64,000 bases of DNA from Candidatus Cloacimonadota bacterium. Its GTDB lineage: Bacteria; Cloacimonadota; Cloacimonadia; JGIOTU-2. The notes beneath the pieces are model-generated. The model made no database searches and was not told the DNA's origin. It saw only the letters and a program-made list of their open reading frames with translations. The DNA lies in assembly GCA_049903315.1 (NCBI GenBank), contig JBNGBT010000007.1, positions 6,561-70,560 of the forward strand, read 5' to 3'. Position 1 is the first letter of the stretch; each line of letters starts with the position of its first letter. Shown here in pieces: positions 1 through 8,649 of the stretch. The translations under genes and the position numbers were made by a program.

Positions 1-1
1 G

Positions 2-448
2 ATTGCAGATTATGAATTCACGACCCTCGAGCCGTGTCTTGGTGTCGTTAAAGTGGATGATTACAAAACATTTGTTATTGCTGATATTCCAGGTATAATT
101 GAAGACGCTCACGAAGGCAAAGGACTCGGATTGCGCTTTCTTCAGCATATAGAACGCACCCGGGTACTGCTTATTCTGATTGATATTACATCAGAGAATA
201 TTCAAGATAAATATCATATTTTACAGAATGAGCTTCACTCTTATAATAAGGAACTCGATAAACGGCAGAAATTGGTCGTACTCAACAAAATTGATTTGCT
301 TGCTCCGGATAAAAAGAAAGATATAATAAAAGTTGCGAAAGATGAGCTGAATATGGTTTGTACATGTCCGATTCTTGCAATCTCAGCAGTCAGCGGCGAG
401 AATCTTGATAAACTGAAATTTGCGATCAAGGATATTTTGGAATTGTAA
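2..448 (+). CDS. obg: GTPase Obg/CgtA, C-terminal fragment (5' end outside window)
   Basis: Frame is open from position 2 (IADYEFTTLEPCLGVV...) and continues into the listed ORF 53-448; contains the NKID G4 motif and an Obg-like C-terminus; TAA stop at 446-448. Confidence 0.88.
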   Translation: MADYEFTTLEPCLGVVKVDDYKTFVIADIPGIIEDAHEGKGLGLRFLQHIERTRVLLILIDITSENIQDKYHILQNELHSYNKELDKRQKLVVLNKIDLLAPDKKKDIIKVAKDELNMVCTCPILAISAVSGENLDKLKFAIKDILEL

Positions 449-461
449 AGGATAGGGTGTC

Positions 462-1079
462 ATGCATCGTAATAGTCAAAGGAGAGTATATGGAGATCAA
501 ATTTATTTCATTACGAGTAGGGTAGAAGGTGAGTACAAATTTTTTAAACATCAAACTTTATGTGATGTTTGGATTCAAGAGTTGAGATTAACCAAAGATG
601 TTACACATATGAAATTATTTACTTTTTGTTTGAATTATGATCATTTTCATTTGTTAATAAAACCAGACATTACCGAAGCAAATTATTCGAAAATTATGCA
701 ATTTTTGAAACGCCATTCATCACGAAATATTAATATCATTTTGGGTTACAACAAACGATCAAACGAAGGCGATATTGGCCAATATCGCCTTCAAAATAAA
801 ATAAATAATGCGCATTATCGCCTTCGGAATGAATTGAAAAAAATCGATGAGTATGTTTTGAAATTGCGTGAATCGTTCAAACAAATATATGGAAAAAACC
901 ATGATATTCCCAAATTTAAATGGCAAAAATCATTTTTCGATCATGTGATACGAAATAAAAAAGATTTTGTAAAACATTTCAATTACACAATGTACAACTT
1001 TCTTAAACATGAATTGCCTGAAAAATGGAAATATACCGGACTTAGATATCATGATTTATTAGATGAATTCATTGAGTAA
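462..1079 (+). CDS. IS200/IS605-family Y1 (HUH) transposase, REP-associated tyrosine transposase (RAYT)-like
   Basis: HUH motif DHFHLLIKP and a C-terminal block WQKSFFDHVIRNKKDFVKHFNYTMYNFLKH resembling RAYT/IS200 TnpA; 205 aa; no tnpB partner and no obvious flanking GC-rich palindromes. Confidence 0.75.
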   Translation: MHRNSQRRVYGDQIYFITSRVEGEYKFFKHQTLCDVWIQELRLTKDVTHMKLFTFCLNYDHFHLLIKPDITEANYSKIMQFLKRHSSRNINIILGYNKRSNEGDIGQYRLQNKINNAHYRLRNELKKIDEYVLKLRESFKQIYGKNHDIPKFKWQKSFFDHVIRNKKDFVKHFNYTMYNFLKHELPEKWKYTGLRYHDLLDEFIE

Positions 1080-1153
1080 AATAGTTCTATGGCATAATTA
1101 TAAATAATGAATAACCATATAGAATTTATAGAGACATACAGCAAGGATACATT

Positions 1154-2260
1154 ATGAATAAATCGGAATATTATGATTGGCTTCGATTGGTGTCTGTAAA
1201 AGGTCTCGGACCAGAAACAATTCAGAAATTACTCACAAAATACTCGGCACCGGCACATATTTTTAATGCAACAAAGAACGAGCTGACAGAGCTTTCTTTT
1301 ATATCAGATAACCTCGCAGAACACATCCTCGAAAATCAAAAAGAAGAATTTATCGAGAACCAACTTACATTGATAGAAAAGTATAATGTCCACCTGCTTT
1401 CACTCCTTGATGATGAATATCCAAGATTACTCAAGTATAGCTACAATCCACCAGTTGTGCTCTATGTAAAGGGGAATATATTGCCTGAGGATGATCTGTG
1501 TTTTGCTGTGGTCGGTACGCGTAAACCAACACAATACGGTAAGATCGCAGTTCACAAGATCGTACCTAAGCTCTCTCTTGCAGGATTTACAATTGTGAGT
1601 GGACTTGCCTATGGAATCGATGCTGCAGCTCATCATGAAGCCCTGAATACAGGAGGGAGAACCATTGCTGTTTTCGGAACAGGATTAGATACTATCTATC
1701 CCACGGCAAATAGAAAACTGGCTGAAAGAATTCTTGAAAATGGAGCACTTATCTCAGAACTCCCTCTTGAAAGCAAAATTGAAGCTTGGAATTTTGCAAA
1801 CCGAAATCGTATAATCAGTGGGATGAGTAAAGGGACACTTGTAGTCGAAGGTGCTAAAACCAGTGGTGCACTTTTAACCGCCAAATATGCCCTTGAACAG
1901 AATCGAGATATTTATGCAATACCTGGTAATATTAACTCTCCTCAAAGTGAGGGTCCAAACTATCTTATCAAACTGGGTGCGAAAATCGTATGCAGTTCCG
2001 AAGATATACTCGAAGAATATCAACTTAAATTAAAGCTCGTTAACGAGAATTCATCTAAAGAGTCTAAGCCAAAAGTGGAACTTTCCGCAAGTGAGGAAAA
2101 GATTTATAAACTCCTCATTAAGAATGAGAAAAATCTCAGTCTGGATAAAATGGTCGAATTAGCTGAGCAAAGTCCTGCAGAACTTTCAAGTATTCTTCTT
2201 CAAATGGAGTTTAAGGGATTGGTAAAACGGGGAGCACAGAACAGGTACTGGCTTATATAA
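1154..2260 (+). CDS. dprA: DNA processing protein DprA (Smf)
   Basis: 368 aa; DprA Rossmann-like core (FAVVGTRKPTQYG, GLAYGIDAAAHH, EGAKTSGALLTAKYALEQNRDIYAIPG) and a C-terminal winged-helix-like tail. Confidence 0.9.
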   Translation: MNKSEYYDWLRLVSVKGLGPETIQKLLTKYSAPAHIFNATKNELTELSFISDNLAEHILENQKEEFIENQLTLIEKYNVHLLSLLDDEYPRLLKYSYNPPVVLYVKGNILPEDDLCFAVVGTRKPTQYGKIAVHKIVPKLSLAGFTIVSGLAYGIDAAAHHEALNTGGRTIAVFGTGLDTIYPTANRKLAERILENGALISELPLESKIEAWNFANRNRIISGMSKGTLVVEGAKTSGALLTAKYALEQNRDIYAIPGNINSPQSEGPNYLIKLGAKIVCSSEDILEEYQLKLKLVNENSSKESKPKVELSASEEKIYKLLIKNEKNLSLDKMVELAEQSPAELSSILLQMEFKGLVKRGAQNRYWLI

Positions 2261-2300
2261 AAAAGAGCTCTTTTAAGAATTGTTTGGGGAGGTAAATAAT

Positions 2301-2340
2301 AATATCCAATATCCAACAAGGAATATCCAATTACGAAGGA
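2301..2340. repeat. Intergenic ~40-nt element AATATCCAATATCCAA(C/A)AAGGAAT(A/T)ATC(C)AATT, copy 1
   Basis: Near-identical to 8104-8143 (tandem ATATCCA heptamers followed by GGAAT-ATCCAAT); both copies are intergenic. Confidence 0.4.
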
Positions 2341-2505
2341 GAAAGAAAAAAGCTCATAACCAAGATATCTTTTAATATTCGAGTATATTGTTTCAGAATA
2401 AGAAAAGAGAGCAATCTACAATGCTGGAGAGAAAATCCAATTGTGTGAAAAAAAATAATTACTTCTCATTCCTCAGGAAAGCTTTCGTGATTTTATCGTA
2501 CGTTA

Positions 2506-2547
2506 AGAAAAAAAAAGACCTTTGCAGCGTTATACCACAAAGGTCTT
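2506..2547 (-). terminator. Rho-independent terminator downstream of groES
   Basis: Perfect 10-bp inverted repeat AAGACCTTTG (2515-2524) / CAAAGGTCTT (2538-2547) with a 13-nt loop; on the minus strand the hairpin is followed by a U-run (plus-strand A-run 2508-2516). Confidence 0.6.
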
Positions 2548-2566
2548 AATAAATTAAATGAGTTAA

Positions 2567-2836
2567 CTATTTGATAATTCCTAAAATATCGGATCTTTGC
2601 ACAATAAGATATTTCTTGCCTTCAAGTTCTAACTCTGTGCCACCATATTTTGCATAGACTACCTTATCTCCCTCTTTGACGATTTTCTGAAGATCTTCGT
2701 CGTTTCCAACAGCAATGATCTTGCCGATTTGTGGTTTTTCTTTTGCAGTATCGGGGATGATAATGTTGCCGACTTTCTTCTCTTCAGATTCCAATGTCTC
2801 AAGAAGAACTCGATCATCAATAGGTTTAATTTTCAT
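2567..2836 (-). CDS. groES: Co-chaperonin GroES (10 kDa chaperonin)
   Basis: MKIKPIDDRVLL...GKIIAVG...VVYAKYGGTELE... typical GroES; ATG at 2836 preceded by GGAGG. The listed ORF (to 2860) extends upstream, but this ATG fits better. Confidence 0.92.
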   Translation of the reverse strand: MKIKPIDDRVLLETLESEEKKVGNIIIPDTAKEKPQIGKIIAVGNDEDLQKIVKEGDKVVYAKYGGTELELEGKKYLIVQRSDILGIIK

Positions 2837-2930
2837 TATACCTCCATGTTCTTTTTTCATTTTGATTTATAGAAAAATGTATGGTAGAGAGGAAGATGCG
2901 TCAAGAAATTTTTTGAAAGAATGCAAAATA

Positions 2931-2957
2931 TTAGCATTTAGTGCATCTGATTGCTAA
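2931..2957. promoter_or_regulatory. CIRCE-like inverted repeat (putative HrcA operator) upstream of groES
   Basis: TTAGCATTT-N9-GATTGCTAA against the CIRCE consensus TTAGCACTC-N9-GAGTGCTAA (15 of 18 arm positions); about 95 nt upstream of the groES start. Confidence 0.5.
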
Positions 2958-3137
2958 TATTATGAGTTTTGTACTTCAGTGATTTCTTATTTTATTATCA
3001 AATTGGTGACTATCTTTATTGATAAAAACCATATAAACGCTTTGATGTGCCCGTTCATTAAGGAGACTTTCGAAAAGATAAGCATAAATTCTTGACCAAA
3101 AACACTGCTCATTATTTAAGCAATCAAAAGGCAGTAT

Positions 3138-3821
3138 ATGAAATACAAGAAATTAATCATCATAGTCCTTCTTATATTGTTATTCCATTCACTATGTTAT
3201 GCAGTGACCTTGAAAGAAGTCTATGAATCAGCTTCATCATATGGTGGATATGATAAATATCTTGAATTGGAAACAGGAGTGACATATACGGGCGGTCTGC
3301 TTATAGGGAAGATATTTGACCCGATCACAGCCGAATTATCATCAGAAGAAGGGAAGGATGTGCGCATTGCAGGTAACGGTGCAATACTCGATCTGCTTGG
3401 TGAAGAGATTTGCATATCCTATTGCACAAATAAACTCGATATTGATAACTGCATTATAATCAATGGAAATATCCGGTATCGTGGCATCAATCTCCCACCT
3501 GATGAAATATATCCAACAGGATATGTGAAATACTGTACTTTTTACAAACCGCAAGATTATGGAATACGATTACAGGGAGCTGGTGGAAATATCACATTAG
3601 AGAGAAATATTTTTGTCGATGCAATCGATACAGGCTGGGATTTTCATTATCTTCATGGCACCGCTCTCGAATATTTGCCGACAGGTGCCAATATTTGCAT
3701 CAGTGTGTTTTATTCAACCTATGGTGTGCCAATCCTTCTTGATAATTGGTCATATCACTCCGATCCAATCATAAATGCTGACTCAACAAGGCATTTTGTC
3801 GCACTCTGCGAATATGGCTGA
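3138..3821 (+). CDS. Secreted beta-helix-like protein, N-terminal part (signal peptide); likely 5' half of a gene interrupted by an in-frame TGA
   Basis: Signal peptide MKYKKLIIIVLLILLFHSLCYA; no T9SS C-terminal domain; ends at TGA 3819-3821 in the same frame as the next ORF. Confidence 0.6.
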   Translation: MKYKKLIIIVLLILLFHSLCYAVTLKEVYESASSYGGYDKYLELETGVTYTGGLLIGKIFDPITAELSSEEGKDVRIAGNGAILDLLGEEICISYCTNKLDIDNCIIINGNIRYRGINLPPDEIYPTGYVKYCTFYKPQDYGIRLQGAGGNITLERNIFVDAIDTGWDFHYLHGTALEYLPTGANICISVFYSTYGVPILLDNWSYHSDPIINADSTRHFVALCEYG

Positions 3822-3833
3822 ACAATCCCACAG

Positions 3834-5285
3834 GTGGTCAGTTGGGCTGCTCCATATAACGTAATTGGCATCGATCCTCAACTCATCGATCCTGAAAATG
3901 GCGATTATCGAGTAACTCCCGGTTCGCCTTCTGAGGGTTACGGATGCCAGATATTTCCAATTGAAAGAGCACATTCTTATAAAAAACCTAACCCAATCAT
4001 TATTCCATATAAAAATATTGAGTACAACAACTCAATTGAAGTGTCAGGAATCATTGATGAACATACAACCTGGCAGGCAGACACAGTAAAGGTAATTGGA
4101 GACATCGAGATTGTGGAGCAGATAATTCTCACAATTGTAGCCGGCACAAAGGTTGAATTTCAGAACTTCTATTCTATTGACTGTAAGGGGTGTATTCGAG
4201 CGATAGGGGGAGATGATGAGCGAATTCTCTTTACCTCAGTTCATCCTGAACTCTTTGTCCCAGATTCATCATTAACTGGCGCATGGAATGGTATCAGGTT
4301 TCATAACACATCTGCACTAAATGAAAAATCGATCTTTGCGTATTGTGAGTTTGAATATTCAAAAGTGTTTGGAGATTCTATAAAAGGCGGCGTACTCTCA
4401 TTCTATAATTTTTCAAAAGCGCGTGTTGTGAATTGTTTATTTACACAGAATGTCGCAGACTACGGATCAGTAATTGGTCTTGATTATCAATCATCTCCTG
4501 AAATTATTGATTGTATTTTTACTAAGAACTATGCTTTCGTCGGTGGTTCACCAATCTATAGCGCGTACTCGTACCCTCGCTTGATTAATAACACAATGAT
4601 CGATAACTATGTACTGAATGAAGATATAAATTATAGAACCGGGGCAGTCCAATCTTTTATCTCAAAACCACAGATTACCAATAACATAATTAGGGATAAT
4701 GTGACGGATTATCTCGATCCGGGACAGCTTGCTGAGTGCAAGGATTATTATACAACTTTTAACAACATTGAATTCGGGCATGGGGGAGAGAGCAATATTG
4801 ATGAAGATCCCTTCTTTAGCTATTCAGGAGAATATCCCTATTCCTTGCTGCAGTTTTCCCCATGTATAAATGCCGGAACACCGGATACAACAGGTTTGTT
4901 TCTTCCTCTCTCAGATTTTGCTGGAAATGAGAGAATATATAATAGCAGGATCGATATCGGCGCATTCGAGTGGCAGGGCTATGCTGTTGATCCTGAAATT
5001 CCTGATGAAACACCATTTGCATGCTATCCCAATCCTTTCTCGAACTCGACAGCCCTTCAATTATCAACAACCACAGAGCACACAGAGCACATTGAGATTA
5101 AAATATTTAACATTAAGGGGCAGCTTGTCCGTAATCTCCCCCTCACATCTTCTCCTCTTCACTCCATCGAGGCTATGTGGGATGGGAAAGATGAGAAGGG
5201 GAAAGAAGTGTGTGACGGGATATATTTTATTAGATGTAAAGCCCACAATCAGTTTTTAACTCAGAAGATTTTAAAGATTTACTAA
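3834..5285 (+). CDS. Beta-helix-like protein, C-terminal part with T9SS C-terminal sorting domain; likely 3' half of the interrupted gene
   Basis: Same frame as 3138-3821; GTG start with no RBS and no signal peptide; C-terminus (YPNPFSN...IKIFNIKGQLV...GIYFIR) is a T9SS CTD; the PCINAGTPDTTGL...RIDIGAFEWQG module matches the paralog at 43629-45980. Confidence 0.62.
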   Translation: MVSWAAPYNVIGIDPQLIDPENGDYRVTPGSPSEGYGCQIFPIERAHSYKKPNPIIIPYKNIEYNNSIEVSGIIDEHTTWQADTVKVIGDIEIVEQIILTIVAGTKVEFQNFYSIDCKGCIRAIGGDDERILFTSVHPELFVPDSSLTGAWNGIRFHNTSALNEKSIFAYCEFEYSKVFGDSIKGGVLSFYNFSKARVVNCLFTQNVADYGSVIGLDYQSSPEIIDCIFTKNYAFVGGSPIYSAYSYPRLINNTMIDNYVLNEDINYRTGAVQSFISKPQITNNIIRDNVTDYLDPGQLAECKDYYTTFNNIEFGHGGESNIDEDPFFSYSGEYPYSLLQFSPCINAGTPDTTGLFLPLSDFAGNERIYNSRIDIGAFEWQGYAVDPEIPDETPFACYPNPFSNSTALQLSTTTEHTEHIEIKIFNIKGQLVRNLPLTSSPLHSIEAMWDGKDEKGKEVCDGIYFIRCKAHNQFLTQKILKIY

Positions 5286-5605
5286 GCAAAGTATCATTGG
5301 ATAAGTATCTTGTCACAAGTCGAAGAGCTTGTGATAAGTAATTTTCAGGTTTTACAACTTAAGACATACTCTCCACCTCGTCTCAATATACAACGCTACT
5401 AAGCAGCGGACAGGTCTCAAATTTTACTTTAGTATTTTAAATAAATTTGACAACAAAGGAAGGAAATTAATAAAAAGAATAAGAATTGAAGAGCATACTA
5501 TTTTTACTATTGAAATTGAGAGGAAATAGATGTGGAAACATGGAAAGATTTTATGAAAGAAACTAAAAGCAAAATCCACGCAATAGTGCGCAGATACCTA
5601 CAAAT

Positions 5606-6628
5606 TTGGTTGTATCATTGCAATATATATCCAATCATGCGTGGACTCAGACATTACGTGAAAAAAGTTTTTATAGGAGAATGATACAAAATATATCAAG
5701 GAGACATCATTTTGTTTCTGAATTTTACTTAAATGGATTTACAGAGATATTAAAAAAGAATAAAGTTCTGAATGTTTTTGATTTAGAAGAGAAAAAATAT
5801 TTTAAGACTTCTCCAGATAACGTTGCTGTAATTCGTGATTTTAATAAGTTAAGTGTTGAAAATACTGAACCTGATATCTTGGAAAAAATTATCTCAGAGC
5901 TGGAATCAAAAGTTGCTGAAGTAATAAAAAATATAAATCTAACTCACACTCTACCAAAAGGTGAAGATTTAGAAATTCTATACAATTTCATTGCATTATT
6001 CACTTGCAGGAATCCAATACAAAGAGAAATTATAAACAAATATATTTCCGATGTTTCCAACAAAATGTTAGATAATATTTATAGGTCTAAAGAAAACTGG
6101 GAAGCGTTTCATGATGAAATGAGAAAGAAAGGGCATGATGTTGATCCAAATGCAAATTACGATGACTTGAAAGCGATAGTCAAATCTGGAAAATCGAAAT
6201 GGAAAGCATCCAACAACCTAATGTTTAAACTTGATATGACAAGTATGAATGCAGTTATACATACTTTGCATTATCGAAAATGGAAATTAATTTCTAATGA
6301 TTCTAAGTTAACACCATTTATCAGTAGCGATAATCCTGTTTCACTTTATTGGACACATAATTTTAAAACTCAATATCCGCCAGGTTTTGCAATGCCTAAT
6401 ACAGAATTAATATTTCCTTTATCAAAATCCTTAGTTTTGTCAGGTACTTTTAATGATAATCCTCTAATTATTAATGCTAATCAAATGCAAGTTGCAATAA
6501 TAAATAGTAACATAATAAGTTCAGCAAATAGATTTATATTTAGCTCAAAAAAGGATTTTAAATATTTAAGTAAAAGTAATAAAATTTTATCAAGTTCTGA
6601 ATTACTAAGAAATCGCTCAAATAATTAG
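5606..6628 (+). CDS. DUF4238-like protein (hypothetical), on an AT-rich islet
   Basis: N-terminal motif RRHHFVSEFYLNGF resembles the DUF4238 signature (HH[YF][VI]PQFYL..F) and a later SSDNPV block. Start uncertain: TTG at 5606 or ATG at 5681. Very AT-rich, with ~300-bp non-coding flanks. Confidence 0.5.
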   Translation: MVVSLQYISNHAWTQTLREKSFYRRMIQNISRRHHFVSEFYLNGFTEILKKNKVLNVFDLEEKKYFKTSPDNVAVIRDFNKLSVENTEPDILEKIISELESKVAEVIKNINLTHTLPKGEDLEILYNFIALFTCRNPIQREIINKYISDVSNKMLDNIYRSKENWEAFHDEMRKKGHDVDPNANYDDLKAIVKSGKSKWKASNNLMFKLDMTSMNAVIHTLHYRKWKLISNDSKLTPFISSDNPVSLYWTHNFKTQYPPGFAMPNTELIFPLSKSLVLSGTFNDNPLIINANQMQVAIINSNIISSANRFIFSSKKDFKYLSKSNKILSSSELLRNRSNN

Positions 6629-6938
6629 AGAGAATTTATTGTATCGTAATAGTATCAAGAGTTTCTTTATAGTTATGCAGTATTATTCAAGATTTTTTCA
6701 CGTAACATGCGTGTCGTCAGTAAAGTTGATCAGTGTTTTTTGTCTGAACCTTCCGGTTCAGGGTTTAGCTGTGTGTTCAGGCTGAATCATTCTGATTCCG
6801 CCGCGCATGCCAAACATTAGCCTGCATTGCATACTGAGGAAATCAATTCTGAGAAGGTAACGGATATTGTTTTATAATAGCAACAATCAATAGGTGTATT
6901 GCTATCACACTGATCAAATCGTAATATGTTCTGAAATA

Positions 6939-8072
6939 CTACGGCAAAAACTGCAGAGGATCATACGCTCGTCCATCGAGACGCACTTCAAAATGCACAT
7001 GAGCGCCGGTAGTGTTGCCTGTCAATCCAACCTTCCCAATGATCTCACCCTTTTTAACTTTATCATCTTTATGAACAAGATTTTCCTGGTTATGTGCATA
7101 CACGGTCATAATGCTGTTGGCATGTTTGAGAATGATCACATTGCCGTAGCCGCGCTGTTTGCCGGAATAGGCAACTTCACCATCGAGGACAGCTTTAAGC
7201 GGAGTTCCTTCTGGACAGGCAATATCGAGTCCTTTATGGGGCTTTCCGTCACGTGTGCCGAACCCCGAAGTGATCTGTCCTGTACAGGGCCACATAATGC
7301 CGTATTTTTGGAATTCGGACTTCTTTATAACCGGTTTGGGAATAATATATTTTGAATTATCATCCTTTGACTGCGTTTCGAGATAGAGCTTCTGTCCCAC
7401 AAAAATATTACTTGAACTCAAACTATTATAGTTTTTCAATTCGTAAATAGAGAGACCGTAAGTCGAAGCAATTCTATAAAGTGTTTCACCCTTTTTTACT
7501 ACATGGTATTTGGGTTTTTTTATTTGCTTCGCTGGTTCTTTTAGGACTTCTGTTTTAGTTTGAGTTTGTGTGGGCTGCTCGATTTTTTCCGGCTCATATT
7601 CCTGAACTTGAGTTGACACAAGAGGAGTCTGTCCGGGTGTACCTTTCAAAAGTAATTTCTCTCCCGCTTTTATCGTATAAGACGTAAGTTGGTTCAATTC
7701 CATCAATTGCTCGATAGGAACATCATAAATCTTGGAAAGCCGGTATAATGTTTCACCTTTTTGTATCACATGATAACCGGAAGAGGGAATTTCTTTTTTT
7801 GTTACATAATATTGTTGTGGATGTTCTTTATTATGGAGGTATATTTTTTGCCCAATGAGAATTTTGTCTGAAGTAAGATTATTTATTCTTTTTAGCGCAT
7901 CGACAGTTGTACTGTATTTCTTTGCGATAGAATAGAGTGTGTCGCACTTTTTCACTATGTGGTAGTCATCGGACTCGGTAATATATTTTGGATTGGGAGA
8001 AAATCCCAGAAGAGAAAAGCACAATAATAGTATAATGAGTGTCGTTGGTTTGATCATAAATTGAATCCGCAT
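6939..8072 (-). CDS. LysM-domain M23 family metallopeptidase (murein hydrolase)
   Basis: Signal peptide; three LysM repeats (YH[IV]VKKG[DE]TLY...); C-terminal M23 motifs HKGLDIA, GYGNVIILKH, HVHFEVR. Confidence 0.88.
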   Translation of the reverse strand: MRIQFMIKPTTLIILLLCFSLLGFSPNPKYITESDDYHIVKKCDTLYSIAKKYSTTVDALKRINNLTSDKILIGQKIYLHNKEHPQQYYVTKKEIPSSGYHVIQKGETLYRLSKIYDVPIEQLMELNQLTSYTIKAGEKLLLKGTPGQTPLVSTQVQEYEPEKIEQPTQTQTKTEVLKEPAKQIKKPKYHVVKKGETLYRIASTYGLSIYELKNYNSLSSSNIFVGQKLYLETQSKDDNSKYIIPKPVIKKSEFQKYGIMWPCTGQITSGFGTRDGKPHKGLDIACPEGTPLKAVLDGEVAYSGKQRGYGNVIILKHANSIMTVYAHNQENLVHKDDKVKKGEIIGKVGLTGNTTGAHVHFEVRLDGRAYDPLQFLP

Positions 8073-8103
8073 ATTTAAACCTGAAGTTCCAATGTCCTCA
8101 AAG

Positions 8104-8143
8104 AATATCCAATATCCAAAACGGAATTATCAATTTCCAATGA
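8104..8143. repeat. Intergenic ~40-nt element, copy 2 (see 2301-2340)
   Basis: GAATATCCAATATCCAAAACGGAATTATCAATTTCCAATGAG; a partial inverted copy CATTGGATATTG lies at 8325-8336 in the same intergenic region. Confidence 0.4.
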
Positions 8144-8375
8144 GTAAATATTTTTGTGGGAGAGTTCAATTTTATTTTGTTTAATATGCATTTTTCTTTT
8201 ATGTAGTTTCTATGCTTTTAAAGATGATTGAGATCAATTCATCGTTCTCTTGTAATAAAAGGGTTAATTTTGTCTTATTATCTCTTCTCTTTTTTTCCTT
8301 CATAATTGGGCGTTCCTTGCTGGACATTGGATATTGTGTCCACTTGCCCATATAATTGAAGTTATAAAAAGAAGT

Positions 8376-8648
8376 TTAGTAAGTAATCTCAAATGAATCA
8401 TATTCAATTTGTTCCGGGTCTTCTTCAATCGTGATATCATCAATGCGTGCTGCAGGAGGTCCTAATTTAATTTTATCTAAGAAAATTTGCAGATTCGGCG
8501 AATCGCCTTGTGCTTCGATCTCTACATCGCCGTTATACAGATTCTTAGCATACCCATGTATGCCGAAGTGACGTGCATTATATGCAGCAAAATATCGAAA
8601 TGATACGCCTTGTACAACGCCTTTTACAATAATATGTAATTTTCTCAT
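8376..8648 (-). CDS. acyP: Acylphosphatase
   Basis: MRKLHIIVKGVVQGVSFRYFAAYNARHFGIHGYAKNLYNGDVEIEAQG... matches the acylphosphatase fold signature (VxGxVQGVxFR, GxxxN). ATG at 8648 lies 1 nt after the stop of the upstream gene; the listed ORF starts at a TTG further upstream. Confidence 0.85.
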   Translation of the reverse strand: MRKLHIIVKGVVQGVSFRYFAAYNARHFGIHGYAKNLYNGDVEIEAQGDSPNLQIFLDKIKLGPPAARIDDITIEEDPEQIEYDSFEITY

Positions 8649-8649
8649 A

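Noticed and set aside
2420-2548. 42-codon plus-strand ORF in the dprA/groES intergenic region
   Set aside because: It runs through the groES terminator hairpin and has no RBS or recognisable protein features.
3819-3821. TGA recoded as a sense codon (alternative genetic code 4 or 25) to explain the in-frame stop
   Set aside because: TGA terminates purL (51482-51484) and apbE (38734-38736) at their expected C-termini, so the standard code applies.
5071-5096. Short tandem repeats (CACAGAGCACACAGAGCAC; a similar run at 43538-43570) as possible CRISPR or variable repeats
   Set aside because: Only two or three short units, one of them inside coding sequence (TTEHTEH); no spacer-repeat architecture.
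6744-6761. SRP (4.5S) RNA, suggested by a CCGGAAGG-containing hairpin
   Set aside because: The stem is perfect with no internal loops, and the conserved GGAAGCAGCC-type helix 8 motif is absent.
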